Position numbers and translations under genes: made by a program. From contig JAHHHC010000004.1 of NCBI GenBank assembly GCA_019359515.1, positions 151,136 to 215,135 of the forward strand: a stretch of 64,000 nt of DNA, read 5' to 3'. This document shows, piece after piece, positions 39,655 through 50,169 of the stretch. The stretch is from Desmonostoc vinosum HA7617-LM4. GTDB taxonomy: Bacteria; Cyanobacteriota; Cyanobacteriia; Cyanobacteriales; Nostocaceae. The notes below the pieces were generated by a model. It was given only the letters and a program-made list of their open reading frames with translations, did no database searches and had not been told where the DNA came from. How positions within the stretch are numbered: position 1 is the first letter of the stretch; each line of letters begins with the position of its first letter.

Positions 39655-39910
39655 TTGAGAAAGTAAAACTTGAAATTTATCAAACCCCGACTTCTCACAA
39701 GAAGTCGGGGTTATTACTTATGACTAAATCAACTTTATAAAATACACATGAATTCAATTACTCGCTCTAGCTAAAGTATGAATACTGAATCACATTTCTA
39801 CAACTATGAATTCCTCCGATCGCCAGAAGAAAAAATTCTGAAATTTGAGACAATGGAATTGTAGCAGTTAAGTAGTCAATAGCTTTCAAATAATTGGAAG
39901 CAAACAAACT

Positions 39911-40351
39911 ATGAAACCCATATTTTTAACAGCAGCAGCTTTATTTAGTACACTGTGTTTAACAATTCCTAATCCTGTCAGAGCAGAAAATAACGCCGCT
40001 GTTAGGCGCTTGCTTGAAACTAGAGAATGTTTTGGATGTAATTTAACAGGCGCTAACCTCAAAGGCGCTCATCTCATAGGTGCTGATTTAAGAAACGCAA
40101 ATTTAAAAGGCGCAAATTTAGAAGGTGCAAATCTAGAAGGTGCCGATTTAACGGGTGCAAATTTGAAATCAGCCAATCTCACAAAAGCTTTTGTCAGTGG
40201 TACTAGCTTAAATAATGCTAATCTTACCAATGTTAATTTGAGTGATGCTCAATTACATAACAGCGATGTTAATGGTGCTGTCTTAGCTAATATCAACTTG
40301 AGCGGTGCAGACGTATTTAATACAGCGATTAGTGTTGGTGGTGAATATTAA
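39911..40351 (+). CDS. Secreted pentapeptide-repeat protein
   Basis: Signal peptide followed by about 20 tandem A(N/D)L..-type pentapeptides (ANLKGAHLIGADLRNANLKGANLEGANLEGADLTGANL..). Confidence 0.85.
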   Translation: MKPIFLTAAALFSTLCLTIPNPVRAENNAAVRRLLETRECFGCNLTGANLKGAHLIGADLRNANLKGANLEGANLEGADLTGANLKSANLTKAFVSGTSLNNANLTNVNLSDAQLHNSDVNGAVLANINLSGADVFNTAISVGGEY

Positions 40352-40365
40352 TTAATAGACCTCTT

Positions 40366-40524
40366 GCAAAAGTCGGATAATCGCCAGAAAATTCATTTTC
40401 TGGCTGATAACTCAAGTCGGTTTCAACCGACTAATAACAGTATTTTTAGTCCGTTTCAACGGACTTTTGCTATTAGGCAGAGACTTGAGTCTCTGACGGT
40501 TCAAGTATTTTTGCAAGAAGTCTA
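40366..40524. mobile_element. MITE family E, second copy (about 159 bp) with internal hairpins
   Basis: TIRs tagacctcttgcaaaagtc ... ttttgcaagaagtcta. Internal stems: agtcggtttcaaccgact and agtccgtttcaacggact. Confidence 0.7.
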
Positions 40525-40580
40525 ATGAAGAGTAGGAGTTAAAAACTGAAATTAACTCCTAACTCTGTGTTCTCTAGCTT

Positions 40581-41933
40581 TTACTCGCCAGTAATCGACA
40601 GTTCATTAATCCAAACTCGAGGACAAACGCCTCCAGGAGTCAACTCTACCTCTTTCTCAAGATAAATAATCGATTTCAAAAGTTCTAAGAAATCACCAGC
40701 AACAGTAGCTGATTCAATGCTCGTCCTGACACCTTTGTTGACTATCCAGCCGTCAAAAGGTAAAGAAAACGAGCCTTGTAAAGATTTAACTCCTGCATGG
40801 AGAGCATGTAAATCATCGATCAAAATCACATTTTCAGCAGTTTCCAAACTAAATTCTTGCTCAGGAACTGCTGCCGCAAAAATGTGATAAAAATTAGGGC
40901 TAATGTTAACTTTTGCACCAATACTTGCATTACCTGTTGGTTTAGCATTCATCCTCTTAGCAGTGCCTGCACTGTGGAGAAAGCTAGTTAAAACACCATT
41001 TTCAATTAGCAAAACCTGACGAGTAGGAGTTCCTTCACCATCAAAAGATTCTGCGCCAATGTTAGCTGGGTGCAGTGCATCATCATAAACTGAGAGCAGA
41101 GGCGAGGCAATTTGCTTACCTAGATCATCAGGAGTAGATAAACTCTGCTTATCTAGAATATTTTGAGCGTTGAATAAATTAGAAAAAGCACCCAACAAAC
41201 TTAAAAAAGCTTCAGGAGAAAAAACAACTCGATATTTATTAGTTTTGACTTTTTCGTAGTTCAAATGACTAATAGTTTTTTCTGCTGTTTCTTTGATACA
41301 ACCATCAATGTCTAGCTTATCTAAACTCTGGTTGACTCTATAAGCGCCTGCACTGCGAGGTTTTTTGCCTTCCTCTTCAGTTTTGCTGTAAAGATAAACC
41401 GATGCCAAAGAGTGAGATTCTTTCCTGACTGCACCATCGCTATTAAGATAGAATCTGTCAACATCTCTCTGTGCTAATCCGTTGTAAGGCACTCCTTTAA
41501 TCGCTGGATGAGCTGTTAGTAATTCTTTTTCTGCTACTAACAATTTGTCTATCAATTCAGAAACAGGTGCGTGAAGTGCTTTCTCTTGAGGATGATCTGG
41601 AATGGGAATAGTAGCTTCTGGACTAAAGTCAGGGACGTTTTCTTTAACGCCAAAGAAGCTTGCTTCATAGGCAGTTTTGAGAGCTAATTCTAGTCCCTTG
41701 GGATCAACATCAGTAGTGCTGGTGACACCCATCGTATTATCTTCATTCCAAACACGAACGGTAACACCAGAGCGATTTGAAGCTTTGACTTGTTTTGGCT
41801 CACCTTGATCTACCTGTACACTAGTTTCGTCTACTGTTGAGCCGTAAATATCAAATTTCTTAATGCCTAACTTCTGGGCATTATCCTTGGCGTGATTTGC
41901 AATCTCGTTGATATTCGCCATATTCAAGTCCAA
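40581..41933 (-). CDS. pmbA: PmbA/TldE-family metalloprotease-associated protein
   Basis: TldD/PmbA fold; partner of the adjacent TldD. Probable start at MANINEI (41921). Confidence 0.75.
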   Translation of the reverse strand: MDLNMANINEIANHAKDNAQKLGIKKFDIYGSTVDETSVQVDQGEPKQVKASNRSGVTVRVWNEDNTMGVTSTTDVDPKGLELALKTAYEASFFGVKENVPDFSPEATIPIPDHPQEKALHAPVSELIDKLLVAEKELLTAHPAIKGVPYNGLAQRDVDRFYLNSDGAVRKESHSLASVYLYSKTEEEGKKPRSAGAYRVNQSLDKLDIDGCIKETAEKTISHLNYEKVKTNKYRVVFSPEAFLSLLGAFSNLFNAQNILDKQSLSTPDDLGKQIASPLLSVYDDALHPANIGAESFDGEGTPTRQVLLIENGVLTSFLHSAGTAKRMNAKPTGNASIGAKVNISPNFYHIFAAAVPEQEFSLETAENVILIDDLHALHAGVKSLQGSFSLPFDGWIVNKGVRTSIESATVAGDFLELLKSIIYLEKEVELTPGGVCPRVWINELSITGE

Positions 41934-42020
41934 ATCCCAAATTACTGCTATTTGTAGAGGTGCATGAATTTTACTAAGTTTGTAGTAAGCATTTTAGTAT
42001 TTACTACAAACTTATATAAT

Positions 42021-43493
42021 TTAGCGTCCACCTACTGTTATGGAATCAACCTTAATATGAGGTTGTCCAACTGTGGTGTAAATACTGCCGCTGATAGAGC
42101 CACAAAAACCTGGAGCAATTTCCAAATCTTGAGAACACATGGAAATTTTGTTCATAATTTCTTTGGCTTCACCGATGAGGATAGCTCCCTTGAGGGGTTT
42201 GGTAATTTTGCCATTTTCTATCAAGTAAGCTTCATCGACACTAAAGTTAAATTGGCCTGTAGCACCGACGCTACCGCCACCCATTTTTTTACAGTAGACA
42301 CCTTTATCTATAGAGGCAAACAAATCCTCATTGGTATATTCGCCAGTGGCAATGTAAGTATTACGCATCCGGCTAGCTGCGGCAAAGGTATAATTTTGGC
42401 GGCGTCCGCTACCAGTTCTGGGGTGTCCGGTGCGCCAAGAACCAGCTCTATCTGCTAAGAAGTTTTTGAGGACGCCTTTTTCAATTAGTAGTGTTCTTTG
42501 AGCTGGCATACCTTCGTCATCCATATCAATTGTGCCAAAGGCATTGTCAGCACGCCCTTCATCCCAAGCTGTGAGGCTTTGGTGAGCAATTTTTTCGCCT
42601 TTTTTGTCAGCAAAGGGAGAGGTATTGCGTTCAATTTGAGTGGTTTCTAGCAAGTGTCCACAGGCTTCGTGGAAAATCACACCACCAAAGTGATTAGCCA
42701 TGATGATGGGGTACGTACCTGATTCTACGTAATCTGCATAGAGCATTTTCCCGGCGGATTCTGCTATTTGTTCAGCAGCTTGTTGATAATCCCAGGTTCT
42801 GAGGAAGTTGGCATCGCTAGTATTACCAGCACGTTCACCGATAGAGGCACGATTAGCACCATCAGCGCACAAAAGGTTAAATCCTACAGATTGGGTGAGG
42901 CGAATGTCACGAGCAAAAGTGCCATCACTGGCAGCGATTAAGACTTCTTGCCAATCGCGAAAATAGGTAGCGCGACGCGATTGTACATGGCTAGCTTTTC
43001 GCTGGAGTTGAGCTGTGCCATCTAAAAGGACTTCTCCCATTTCGCGCATGGAACTACATAAAGCTAACCACCCATCTTTGCCTCTTTTAGTGGCGTAGTC
43101 TCTCAATAGCTCTAGGTTGATTTCTGGGATGAAAGCATTAGCAACTGGTAATTGTAACCCTAAAATAGATAGACCTTTTTCTAGGGCTGCTTTTAACCCG
43201 GAAAATGAAAGGTCATTAGTGCTGACGTAGCAGTCGGCTTTGCCTCGAAATACTCTAACTCCAGCACCTGTAGCCAGACTTGGCGAAATACTGGTGATGG
43301 CGTCGTCTTCTGCCAAGCAACTGATATAGTTGCGACGTTCTAAGAAGAATTCGATAAAGTCAGCCCCAGCGGCGCGTCCTAGTCCCAGGAGGGTAGCCAG
43401 GGGGGCTTGCCAGGTTTCATCGAACCGCTCTGGCGTGGAAGAATATTGCAGGGTGGGAAGTTGATTTGAAAGAATTAGCGTACTTGTAAGCAT
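42021..43493 (-). CDS. tldD: TldD-family zinc metalloprotease
   Basis: Carries HEACGHLLE (HExxxH) and a conserved GxC...glycine-rich C-terminus. Confidence 0.85.
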   Translation of the reverse strand: MLTSTLILSNQLPTLQYSSTPERFDETWQAPLATLLGLGRAAGADFIEFFLERRNYISCLAEDDAITSISPSLATGAGVRVFRGKADCYVSTNDLSFSGLKAALEKGLSILGLQLPVANAFIPEINLELLRDYATKRGKDGWLALCSSMREMGEVLLDGTAQLQRKASHVQSRRATYFRDWQEVLIAASDGTFARDIRLTQSVGFNLLCADGANRASIGERAGNTSDANFLRTWDYQQAAEQIAESAGKMLYADYVESGTYPIIMANHFGGVIFHEACGHLLETTQIERNTSPFADKKGEKIAHQSLTAWDEGRADNAFGTIDMDDEGMPAQRTLLIEKGVLKNFLADRAGSWRTGHPRTGSGRRQNYTFAAASRMRNTYIATGEYTNEDLFASIDKGVYCKKMGGGSVGATGQFNFSVDEAYLIENGKITKPLKGAILIGEAKEIMNKISMCSQDLEIAPGFCGSISGSIYTTVGQPHIKVDSITVGGR

Positions 43494-43818
43494 GGGTAGC
43501 CTCGTCTGCTGGCGTAATCAGAGATTTGACTGAAAAATCCTGGTGTGTTTAGTCTAACAAATCAGTGAAAGCCGCAGTCGGCAGTCGGGCGGTAGAGGTT
43601 CCCCTACTTTGGAAGCTTACTCTCTATCCTTTAATGCCAATGAAAAGGAAATATTGTAAAGTTCTACCCCTTTTGACAGCCATCACCAGCTCATCATGAT
43701 GCAGGAGTCAAAGATAAAATACAGTTTCCTAAACTTTATTTTGCGACAATAAGGGTAAAAGTTCTATGCATTGTCAATACCCACAAGCGCCGTTTTGCCT
43801 CAATAAGGAATATAACAA

Positions 43819-44853
43819 ATGAGTTCGTATGCTTTTTGGAACAACAAAGGTGGCGTGGGAAAGAGCTTTCTTTGCTTTGTGGCTGCTGCTGAATATGCTC
43901 ACCGTCACCCCGATACAGATGTTTATGTAATTGACCTTTGTCCCCAAGCGAACGTCTCAGAAACCCTACTAGGAGGATATCTCAATAGTCCAAAGGCACT
44001 ACATTCTTTGAGCAGTAAGATACCACGCTCGACAGTGGCTGGCTACCTAGAAGCGCGTCTTAACTCTCCCTTCCAAATGATTACCGATGTATCTCCTTAT
44101 ATTTGTAATATAAGTGAATTCAATCCACAAATACCAGAAAATCTGAGGCTCGTGTGTGGGGACAATCTTCTCGAAATCATTTCTGAAGCAATTAGGCAAA
44201 CTTCTCAACTTCAAATACCAATTGATGCTTGGAAACAGGTGCTTAGTTGGATTCGAGATTTAACAGTTGCTCTGCGTAAATATAGTGGTGAGCGAGATGC
44301 CTTGTTTTTAATTGATTGTAACCCTAGTTTCGCTGTATACACACAGCTTGGTCTGGTTGCCGCAGAGGGCGTAGTTGTCCCATTCACTGCGGATGATAGT
44401 TCGCGTCGTGCGATTGAGAATGTAGTTGCACTTTTATATGGCATAACTGATCCTAATACTGCACCATATGCAAGAATTAGCTTTGCAAAACGTGCAAAAG
44501 AAGAAGGAGTATCTGTGCCAAAATTACATACCTTTGTGAGTAATCGAGTAACGATGTATGAAGGTAAAGCTGCCTCTGCATTTATAGCTGTGAACAAAAT
44601 CATTAAAAAGACGATGGATGATATACATCAGAAAAATCGTCATATTTTTGCTAATCCTAAAGACTTACCGAGCAAAAGTTTCATTGAAATTCCCGATTAT
44701 CACAGTGCATGTGTAGTTGCAGCGACAACTGGCACACCTTTGCATAGGCTTAAACCAGGACCAAAAAAAATTGGTGAGGAGCGGGTGCAATTAAATCCAG
44801 AACCATTACAGAGATATCGAGATGCGCTTGAAGAATTTGTGAATTGTCTCTAA
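43819..44853 (+). CDS. ParA/MinD-family P-loop ATPase, unusually long (344 aa), first gene of a two-gene module
   Basis: Deviant Walker A WNNKGGVGKS at residues 7-16, and Walker B-like FLIDCNPS. A 10 bp gap separates it from the downstream HEPN gene. Confidence 0.7.
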   Translation: MSSYAFWNNKGGVGKSFLCFVAAAEYAHRHPDTDVYVIDLCPQANVSETLLGGYLNSPKALHSLSSKIPRSTVAGYLEARLNSPFQMITDVSPYICNISEFNPQIPENLRLVCGDNLLEIISEAIRQTSQLQIPIDAWKQVLSWIRDLTVALRKYSGERDALFLIDCNPSFAVYTQLGLVAAEGVVVPFTADDSSRRAIENVVALLYGITDPNTAPYARISFAKRAKEEGVSVPKLHTFVSNRVTMYEGKAASAFIAVNKIIKKTMDDIHQKNRHIFANPKDLPSKSFIEIPDYHSACVVAATTGTPLHRLKPGPKKIGEERVQLNPEPLQRYRDALEEFVNCL

Positions 44854-44863
44854 GAGCATCATC

Positions 44864-45466
44864 GTGCCATCACCAGCAGCATTAAAATACGACATTGCGG
44901 CTCAAAAGGCTCGTATACTACGTGAAACTGCGACAGATCCTCGCTTACGCCCAATATTAAGCAGTCAAACTCAAGTTTATTACCATTCTGCTTTAGCGAT
45001 GTTTGTCGCTGGATGGGAGGCTTATATTGAAGAACTTGTTCGCAACTTTTTTGATGTCACTGCAAACCCCTTAGATCCTCAGTTTCATGCTGTACATTCT
45101 ATTGCTAAAAATGCGGCAGAGCGATCGCTCAAACAATTTAATACGCCAAATTCAGATAATTCACGTAACCTTTTGGTTCAATATACTGGCTATGACCCCA
45201 TCAATGATTGGGTTTGGTCAAAAAGAAGCATGAACGCCCTAGCTACTCGACAGATGCTCAACGATGTTCTGCAAGTCAGGCATAGTTTTGCTCATGGCTT
45301 TCCCATACCTGCATTTTCTTGGACACAAACACCGACTGGGAAAGTTCGGCTAACTGCTAAAGCTATTAAGGATGTTGATAAGTTACTACAATATCTTGTA
45401 ACTGCTACTGATCTTGGCATGAAACGAAATATTCAAATCATTTATGGGATTGTTGCTCCCTGGTAA
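44864..45466 (+). CDS. HEPN-like nuclease domain protein (Rx4H motif), second gene of the module
   Basis: QVRHSFAHGFP contains the R-x4-H HEPN catalytic signature near the C-terminus, in a predicted all-alpha protein. Confidence 0.55.
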   Translation: MPSPAALKYDIAAQKARILRETATDPRLRPILSSQTQVYYHSALAMFVAGWEAYIEELVRNFFDVTANPLDPQFHAVHSIAKNAAERSLKQFNTPNSDNSRNLLVQYTGYDPINDWVWSKRSMNALATRQMLNDVLQVRHSFAHGFPIPAFSWTQTPTGKVRLTAKAIKDVDKLLQYLVTATDLGMKRNIQIIYGIVAPW

Positions 45467-45635
45467 TAAGTATCATGATCTTTAGTAAACCAGATTTTGT
45501 CCAAAAATGTTGATTTTTCAGATTCATGAAATCAGATCCCTAGCCGCGATCGCAACCCTAACAACTTTCATCAGTTAAACTTTATAAATCGAGATGTCAA
45601 ACAAAAGAATTTCATCAGACAAAAGCAACATAATA

Positions 45636-46175
45636 TCAAAGTTTACGTTTCTTAACGGCTTGGGCTGGATTTCCAGCGTAAATCATCATCGGCTCTAAAG
45701 AGCGTCCAGTTACTCCACCCAAAGTTAGCACTGCGCCACGACCAATAATCACTCCAGGGCCAATTACACACTTGGCTGCAATCCAACTACTTTCTTGAAT
45801 GTGGATAGGGGCAGTCATTAATTTAAAATCGGGATGATTCCAGTCATGATTGCCGGTGCAGAGATAGACGCCTTGAGATAGGCAAACATGACTTTCGATG
45901 GTGACAGGAGCTAGGTTATCTATCCAGGTGTCTTCTCCTATCCAAACAAAATCACCAATGATTAATCGCCAAGGAAACTTGACGCGCACCCCGGGTTTGA
46001 TGCGGACTTTTTGACCGATTTGTGCCCCAAAGGAACGGAGTATCCAAACTTTGAAAGCTGATGTGGGAAGCCAACGGTTTTCTACTAAAGGTGATCCCAA
46101 GAAATACCACAGCAGTTGTTTCCAGTAGGATGCACCAGGATGATATGTACCAAGAGTGTAACTGTCTAAACGCAT
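45636..46175 (-). CDS. WcaF-like hexapeptide-repeat polysaccharide O-acetyltransferase
   Basis: Left-handed beta-helix hexapeptides (IGQKVRIKPGVRVKF.., IIGRGAVLTLGGVTG). Start taken at MRLDSYTLG; the ORF-track start overlaps ydcF. Confidence 0.65.
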   Translation of the reverse strand: MRLDSYTLGTYHPGASYWKQLLWYFLGSPLVENRWLPTSAFKVWILRSFGAQIGQKVRIKPGVRVKFPWRLIIGDFVWIGEDTWIDNLAPVTIESHVCLSQGVYLCTGNHDWNHPDFKLMTAPIHIQESSWIAAKCVIGPGVIIGRGAVLTLGGVTGRSLEPMMIYAGNPAQAVKKRKL

Positions 46176-46762
46176 ATTTGTAGTAAATTGATTGCTGGGT
46201 GAAGACTGGCCCCTGTACGACCTGTGAGAATCCAAAGCAGACAACGACCAACATCACGCAGAATGGGCAGGATTGGTTCTTTGGGTTTGTCTGATTGCAC
46301 AGATAATGGTGTGAAAGCGATACCCCGACTACCAAGAATGAGGGTAGCGATCGCCTTGGCTCTGGGCATATGAGAAGCTGAAGTAATTAAATAGAGATGC
46401 TGAAAGTTTCTGTGTTTAAAATCTGAAACGAGGGTGGTAAAATTTGTGACTGTATCAACAGCACGGTAGTCGAGGTGCAGACGACTGTCTGGGATGCCGG
46501 CGGCTCGAAAAATCTCATATGCCATACTAGGGGGCGAACCAGAAGAAACCCATATTTCTAGGGATGGGTACCAGCGAGCGAGTTCCGCTGTATACTCTTC
46601 CCTATCTATCCATGCACCAAGGGTAAGAATAGCTTGGGGTTGAGGAGCCTGGTGAAAAGCGATCGCTAAACGCACTGGAATGATCAGCAGCAATGTTACA
46701 ATCAACGCTGTTAAAGCCCAAATCCAATATTTCTTGAGTTGCCTAAAATACCATTTAATCAA
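46166..46762 (-). CDS. YdcF/DUF218 (ElyC/SanA) family protein
   Basis: N-terminal TM followed by a DUF218-like domain (ILTLGAW..YLITSASHMPRA). Confidence 0.55.
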   Translation of the reverse strand: MIKWYFRQLKKYWIWALTALIVTLLLIIPVRLAIAFHQAPQPQAILTLGAWIDREEYTAELARWYPSLEIWVSSGSPPSMAYEIFRAAGIPDSRLHLDYRAVDTVTNFTTLVSDFKHRNFQHLYLITSASHMPRAKAIATLILGSRGIAFTPLSVQSDKPKEPILPILRDVGRCLLWILTGRTGASLHPAINLLQICV

Positions 46763-46787
46763 TTATTTACTACCCTCATCATTAGGA

Positions 46788-47750
46788 TTAGATACTGTCT
46801 GGTTGACCCATCAATTGTAAAAGAGATGTTTTTCGGATATCGTGCTGCATTCCATAGTCAGTTGTGCCAAATTCTACTTGTAACATTAGGCGGTCTTTGT
46901 TAACTGGAGTTGTACCTTTATGGAAACAAAAAGTATCTTCAGCGAAACCAAAGCCTGCTTGACCGCAAATCGATATTAAAGAGTCACGACCATAAGAGTT
47001 GAAAATTTCTGCATCTGTTTCTCGCTTTGGTAGTAATAAATGCGAGAGCTTCTTGTGCTTATGACTACCACGAATACAAACATGAGGCCCATTAAATTCA
47101 TCAACATCTGTTAAGTAAAAGAAAAACTTTAAAAATCGGTAATCATCTATATCATAATGAAACATTTGGAATGATTGTCTTCTTTCTTTATCTGTTATGT
47201 CTCCTGTAAAACTCCACCAGAGAAGATTTCCTTGATGCACAGGTTTATGCTCTAAATACTTGGCAGCTATTGCTAGTAATTTAGGGTCATTTTGTAATTT
47301 ATTAATGGCTGTGCAAAGCGAACTTGTATTAAAATAACCAGCTAAAGCTAATTTCTGATTGTAATAGCTTTCTGCTAATTGCTTTTGATGATAATAAAAT
47401 CCTAATTTAGGTTGGCGATAGCCATAACATGGTTGAGAATAAGCGAACCAAACAATTTCTTTGACTATTTCTTCGGTTAGATTAATACCTAAATATAAAC
47501 CTTCTTTTTTCAGGCTGGTAACGACGCTATCTACGTTAATATCTGGAAATAAAGTGTTGCTTTCACTTACTACAGATAACTCAGATACCTTAGTTGAAAT
47601 CTTTGACAAAAATTCTATCAAAGCTCGCCCTACATTGAATCTTGCTAGGTTTCGCATTAAAAGCCATCGGGGATTTTTAGTTAACCCGACATAATTTTCA
47701 TAGCAAATGTCATATAGCAGCAAATAAATGTTGTGGAATTGGTTGACCAT
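46788..47750 (-). CDS. Putative Fe(II)/2-oxoglutarate-dependent oxygenase (PhyH-like double-stranded beta-helix)
   Basis: HYDIDD (HxD) ... GPHVCIRGSH arrangement typical of PhyH-like oxygenases. Confidence 0.4.
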   Translation of the reverse strand: MVNQFHNIYLLLYDICYENYVGLTKNPRWLLMRNLARFNVGRALIEFLSKISTKVSELSVVSESNTLFPDINVDSVVTSLKKEGLYLGINLTEEIVKEIVWFAYSQPCYGYRQPKLGFYYHQKQLAESYYNQKLALAGYFNTSSLCTAINKLQNDPKLLAIAAKYLEHKPVHQGNLLWWSFTGDITDKERRQSFQMFHYDIDDYRFLKFFFYLTDVDEFNGPHVCIRGSHKHKKLSHLLLPKRETDAEIFNSYGRDSLISICGQAGFGFAEDTFCFHKGTTPVNKDRLMLQVEFGTTDYGMQHDIRKTSLLQLMGQPDSI

Positions 47751-47826
47751 GATTGTTTAAACCTCTTGAGATCATCAAAATGTGGTTAATCATTTTAAAT
47801 GTGTTATGTATCTGGATATTGAAGAA

Positions 47827-48001
47827 GGCAGAAGGCAGGAGGCAGAGGGCAGAAGGGACAATTAAGAAGGGGATTCAGACCCCTCCTTAATTGGGGCCAC
47901 TGAACTTCGTTTCAGTGGGGGTCTTAAACCCTTACTCCCTCCGGTCGTGGCAGAGTGCAGAAAACAGTATTCCTTCTGCCTCCTGCCTTCTGCCCTCTGC
48001 C
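47827..48001. repeat. Inverted pair of heptamer arrays (GGCAGNN)4 ... (NNCTGCC)4 flanking a 116 bp core with hairpin ccactgaa-cttcg-ttcagtgg
   Basis: Direct reading. A solo family-E TIR lies about 100 bp further right. Confidence 0.75.
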
Positions 48002-48150
48002 TTTCTTGATAAACATGAATTAACTCCGACTTCGGTGAGAATTTGCACTATAAAAAAGCACAGACGCGCCATGAGTGACGCGTTTCGATAATCATTAGAC
48101 CTCTTACAAAAGTCCTATTTTTCGTTTTAAATGTCTGAAATTTTGAATTT

Positions 48151-48927
48151 CTATGATTCTTTTTGCTCTAATTTTTCTGCTTCAATGAGACGAATTGCTA
48201 AGATAATTTCTGCTAAAACACGTTGAAATGCATAGTACCAACCATGCCAGCCATCAAGAAGACCTCCTTTAAGAATTAGGCAATATATAAGAACAATAAA
48301 AGGAGCGAAAATCTTTTGTTTGCGGATGCGATCGCTCAAACATAGCTCGCTTTGAGGAGTGTGTAATAATTTTTTTACTTCGATGATTGCGTAACGGTCT
48401 TGTGCCCAAAGCCAACGGTTTAGAGGTTTGCGATCGTCGTGGTAAACATAACCAGATAAAGTTGCTGATTTACCTTTTACTTCTAAGAGTTGGGTGTGTC
48501 CATCATCAATATAAATGGATTTGTTTTTCCTAAATAAAACTTGCCGTGGGGGAAGTATTGTAGCTCGCAGAGGTTTACCAAAAACACAATATTTGAATTG
48601 GGCAAAGTAGCCATCTATTGCGGAATTTGGGGATAGTTCTTTAATTTGGGCAATCAGTAAATCTGAAACTGTGTAGTCTGCATCCAGAGAAAGCACCCAC
48701 TCGGAACTAACTTGCTCTAAACCATAATTCCATTGTGTGGCGTGGGTGTCAAATTTTCGTTGCCAAACTTTAACTTGAGGATAAGATGCTAAGATCTCTA
48801 AAGTTTCATCGGTACTGTAACTATCAATTACTATAATTTGCTTTGCCCAAAGCAGCTGTTTGAGAGTCCGCTCAATGTTAGGTGATTCGTTGTAGGTCAG
48901 GATGAGTGGGGTAACTTGATCTAGCAT
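48151..48927 (-). CDS. Glycosyltransferase family 2
   Basis: The N-terminus ILTYNESPNIERTL..IIVIDSYSTDET and DAD (DxD) are GT-A signatures. Confidence 0.75.
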   Translation of the reverse strand: MLDQVTPLILTYNESPNIERTLKQLLWAKQIIVIDSYSTDETLEILASYPQVKVWQRKFDTHATQWNYGLEQVSSEWVLSLDADYTVSDLLIAQIKELSPNSAIDGYFAQFKYCVFGKPLRATILPPRQVLFRKNKSIYIDDGHTQLLEVKGKSATLSGYVYHDDRKPLNRWLWAQDRYAIIEVKKLLHTPQSELCLSDRIRKQKIFAPFIVLIYCLILKGGLLDGWHGWYYAFQRVLAEIILAIRLIEAEKLEQKES

Positions 48928-48930
48928 AAA

Positions 48931-50121
48931 TTAGGAAATTTTTTGTTGATGATTGTCCAGAATAGATTGATATATTAAAACTAATTTTGCAGATATATTT
49001 TCCCAACTATAGTTGTTTGTTACGAATTGATTAGCGCGATCGCCCATTTCTTTAGCTTGTTGAGGATTTTTTAAGTACTCATCCAAAGCATTAGTAATTT
49101 CTAATACATCTAATTTGGGAACGTAACCTAGTTGGTGTTGTTTGACAACAGAAGCTAGGGCTACACCGGGAGTCACAAGCACAGGCAGACCTACAGACAA
49201 AGCTTCTAGGACTGCGACGGCAAAGTTTTCGGAGTGAGAAGTCAGCACAAACAGGTCTGAACCTTGGATTAATGTATCTTTGGTTTCTCCTTCGACAAAT
49301 CCGACAATGTGGGTGCGATCGCGCATTCCTGTAGAGATGAGCAAAGATTCTACTTCAGCTTCGTAGTCTGGAGTTCCACTACCTGCCAAAATGAAACTGA
49401 AACGGTGATGGGTCAGTTTGCTCAAAGCTGGGATGAGGTAGTCTAAGCCTTTTTTATGATGTAAGCGAGACAAGAATAAAATGACTGGTTCATCTTGAGG
49501 AATATTTAAGCGTTGCCGTAAAAGATCGCGAGCATTGACAACTTGATTTGGCCAAGACAATCCCAAAGGTAATATAAAATTAGGCGTGCGTAGTCCCAGG
49601 CGAGAAACTTCTTTTTGTTCTTGTTCAGCAGTAAAGTGAATAGCTTGACTAGAGTTGAGGTTCGTTCGCTCAATTAATTTGAGATAATTTTGCTTTTTAC
49701 GGGTGCTTTGCTGCAAAGACCACTCGCATAACAAACCATGTGGAGTCACGATGTAAGGAATTTGTTTCCAACGGGCGATCGCCATGGCGATCGTCGATGG
49801 GTAGGAGAAGAGGGCGTGAACATGTACCAAATCATATCGAGAAATATTCTGCCAGAGCCATTTTGTCAGTTGCCCCGAAAAAGCGTATTCTCTGACGGCT
49901 TTGACATTTGGTGAAAAGCGTTGGAAAAACCAAACTGGAACTTGCTCATACTCAATGAGCTGTTGTAAAGGCACATCTAATAAGCTATCTCCATTGTCGT
50001 TAGTCGTAGCAATTTCGGCATCGATATTCTCGGTTCTTAATGCCTTGACCATATCTAAAACAGCCTGACTTGTACCACCCCGTACTTTAGGTACAGATGG
50101 AATTACATGGAGAATTTTCAT
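48931..50121 (-). CDS. Glycosyltransferase family 4 (GT-B)
   Basis: The C-terminal EGFGIPVLEALSVGLPVLVT-like block (SENFAVAVLEALSVGLPVLVT) is the GT4 E-x7-E region. Confidence 0.75.
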   Translation of the reverse strand: MKILHVIPSVPKVRGGTSQAVLDMVKALRTENIDAEIATTNDNGDSLLDVPLQQLIEYEQVPVWFFQRFSPNVKAVREYAFSGQLTKWLWQNISRYDLVHVHALFSYPSTIAMAIARWKQIPYIVTPHGLLCEWSLQQSTRKKQNYLKLIERTNLNSSQAIHFTAEQEQKEVSRLGLRTPNFILPLGLSWPNQVVNARDLLRQRLNIPQDEPVILFLSRLHHKKGLDYLIPALSKLTHHRFSFILAGSGTPDYEAEVESLLISTGMRDRTHIVGFVEGETKDTLIQGSDLFVLTSHSENFAVAVLEALSVGLPVLVTPGVALASVVKQHQLGYVPKLDVLEITNALDEYLKNPQQAKEMGDRANQFVTNNYSWENISAKLVLIYQSILDNHQQKIS

Positions 50122-50169
50122 AATTAAAAGTTTTTATTGTTATTTACGCCTAATTGTGGATTAAAAGCT

